DNA of 32,000 nucleotides from Paracoccus suum (GTDB lineage Bacteria; Pseudomonadota; Alphaproteobacteria; Rhodobacterales; Rhodobacteraceae): NCBI RefSeq assembly GCF_003324675.1, contig NZ_CP030918.1, positions 330,001 to 362,000 of the forward strand, read 5' to 3'. Shown piece by piece: positions 31,650 to 32,000 of this stretch (position 1 is its first letter; each line of letters starts with the position of its first letter). The notes under the pieces were generated by a model. It saw only the letters and a program-made list of their open reading frames with translations, ran no database searches and was not told where the DNA came from. The position numbers and the translations under genes were made by a program.

Positions 31650-32000
31650 ATGCAAAACAGCCGCTTCGACAAGTCCAGACTGCCCAGCCGTCACGTGACA
31701 GAAGGGCCGGCTCGCGCCCCGCACCGCAGCTATTTCTACGCCATGGGCGTTACCGACGAGGAAATCCACGCCCCTTGGGTTGGCGTTGCCACCTGCTGGA
31801 ACGAGGCCGCGCCCTGCAACATCGCCCTGAACCGGCAGGCGCAGTCGGTCAAGCAGGGTGTCAAGAAGGCCGGCGGCTGCCCGCGCGAGTTCACCACCAT
31901 TACCGTGACCGATGGCATCGCCATGGGCCACGAGGGCATGCGGTCGTCCCTCGCCAGCCGCGATGCGATCGCTGACACGGTCGAGCTGACCATGCGCGGC
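31650..32000 (+). CDS. ilvD: Dihydroxy-acid dehydratase, N-terminal 117 codons (runs off the window)
   Basis: It is absent from the ORF track because no stop is reached. Hand translation from the ATG at 31650 gives MQNSRFDKSRLPSRHVTEGPARAPHRSYFYAMGVTDEEIHAPWVGVATCWNEAAPCN...TITVTDGIAMGHEGMRSSLASRDAIADTVELTMRG, the IlvD/Edd N-terminal signature. The frame is open to nt 32000. Confidence 0.9.
   Translation, partial: MQNSRFDKSRLPSRHVTEGPARAPHRSYFYAMGVTDEEIHAPWVGVATCWNEAAPCNIALNRQAQSVKQGVKKAGGCPREFTTITVTDGIAMGHEGMRSSLASRDAIADTVELTMRG

Overview
This is a high-GC, gene-dense chromosomal window that looks alphaproteobacterial, with Rhodobacterales-type flagellar gene order. That taxonomic call is an inference from gene content and protein sequences only.

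Most of the window is housekeeping, in this order:
- a 5'-truncated ChaA-type cation/H+ antiporter
- pheS and pheT
- a Nu-class GST, mscL and ald
- rpsU, divergently paired with a COQ9-family gene that overlaps a PIG3-type quinone oxidoreductase
- a tightly packed minus-strand flagellar operon (flgB-flgC-fliE-fliQ-flgF-flgG-flgA-flgH-fliL plus a terminal GT4 glycosyltransferase), divergent from fliI
- two DUF2382 (YsnF/AvaK) stress-type genes
- an exported extensin-like protein overlapping an L,D-transpeptidase
- an enoyl-CoA hydratase and fsr (MFS transporter)
- accD-folC and cls
- an exported DsrE-like protein, phhB and the 5' end of ilvD

Two compositionally atypical accessory insertions stand out.
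1. An approximately 0.6 kb, approximately 54% GC cassette (hand count) of two small ORFs sits exactly between pheS and pheT. Their motif order resembles a HicB N-terminal domain followed by a HicA toxin.
2. An approximately 3 kb lower-GC segment between ald and rpsU carries one RTX (GGxGxD) calcium-binding protein gene. It is built from four almost identical 624-bp tandem repeats. Loss of one G in a G6 run of repeat 2 splits it into two ORFs.

Other points worth follow-up:
- an SxHxxGxAxD...HxHxD metallopeptidase-like signature in the extensin-like protein coupled to the L,D-transpeptidase
- the glycosyltransferase appended to the flagellar rod/ring operon
- COQ9-qor translational coupling
- a near-consensus CtrA box in the flgB/fliI divergent promoter

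The ORF track labels GTG and TTG starts as M, and several start codons were re-assigned by reading the sequence. The many long antisense ORFs are judged to be high-GC artefacts.
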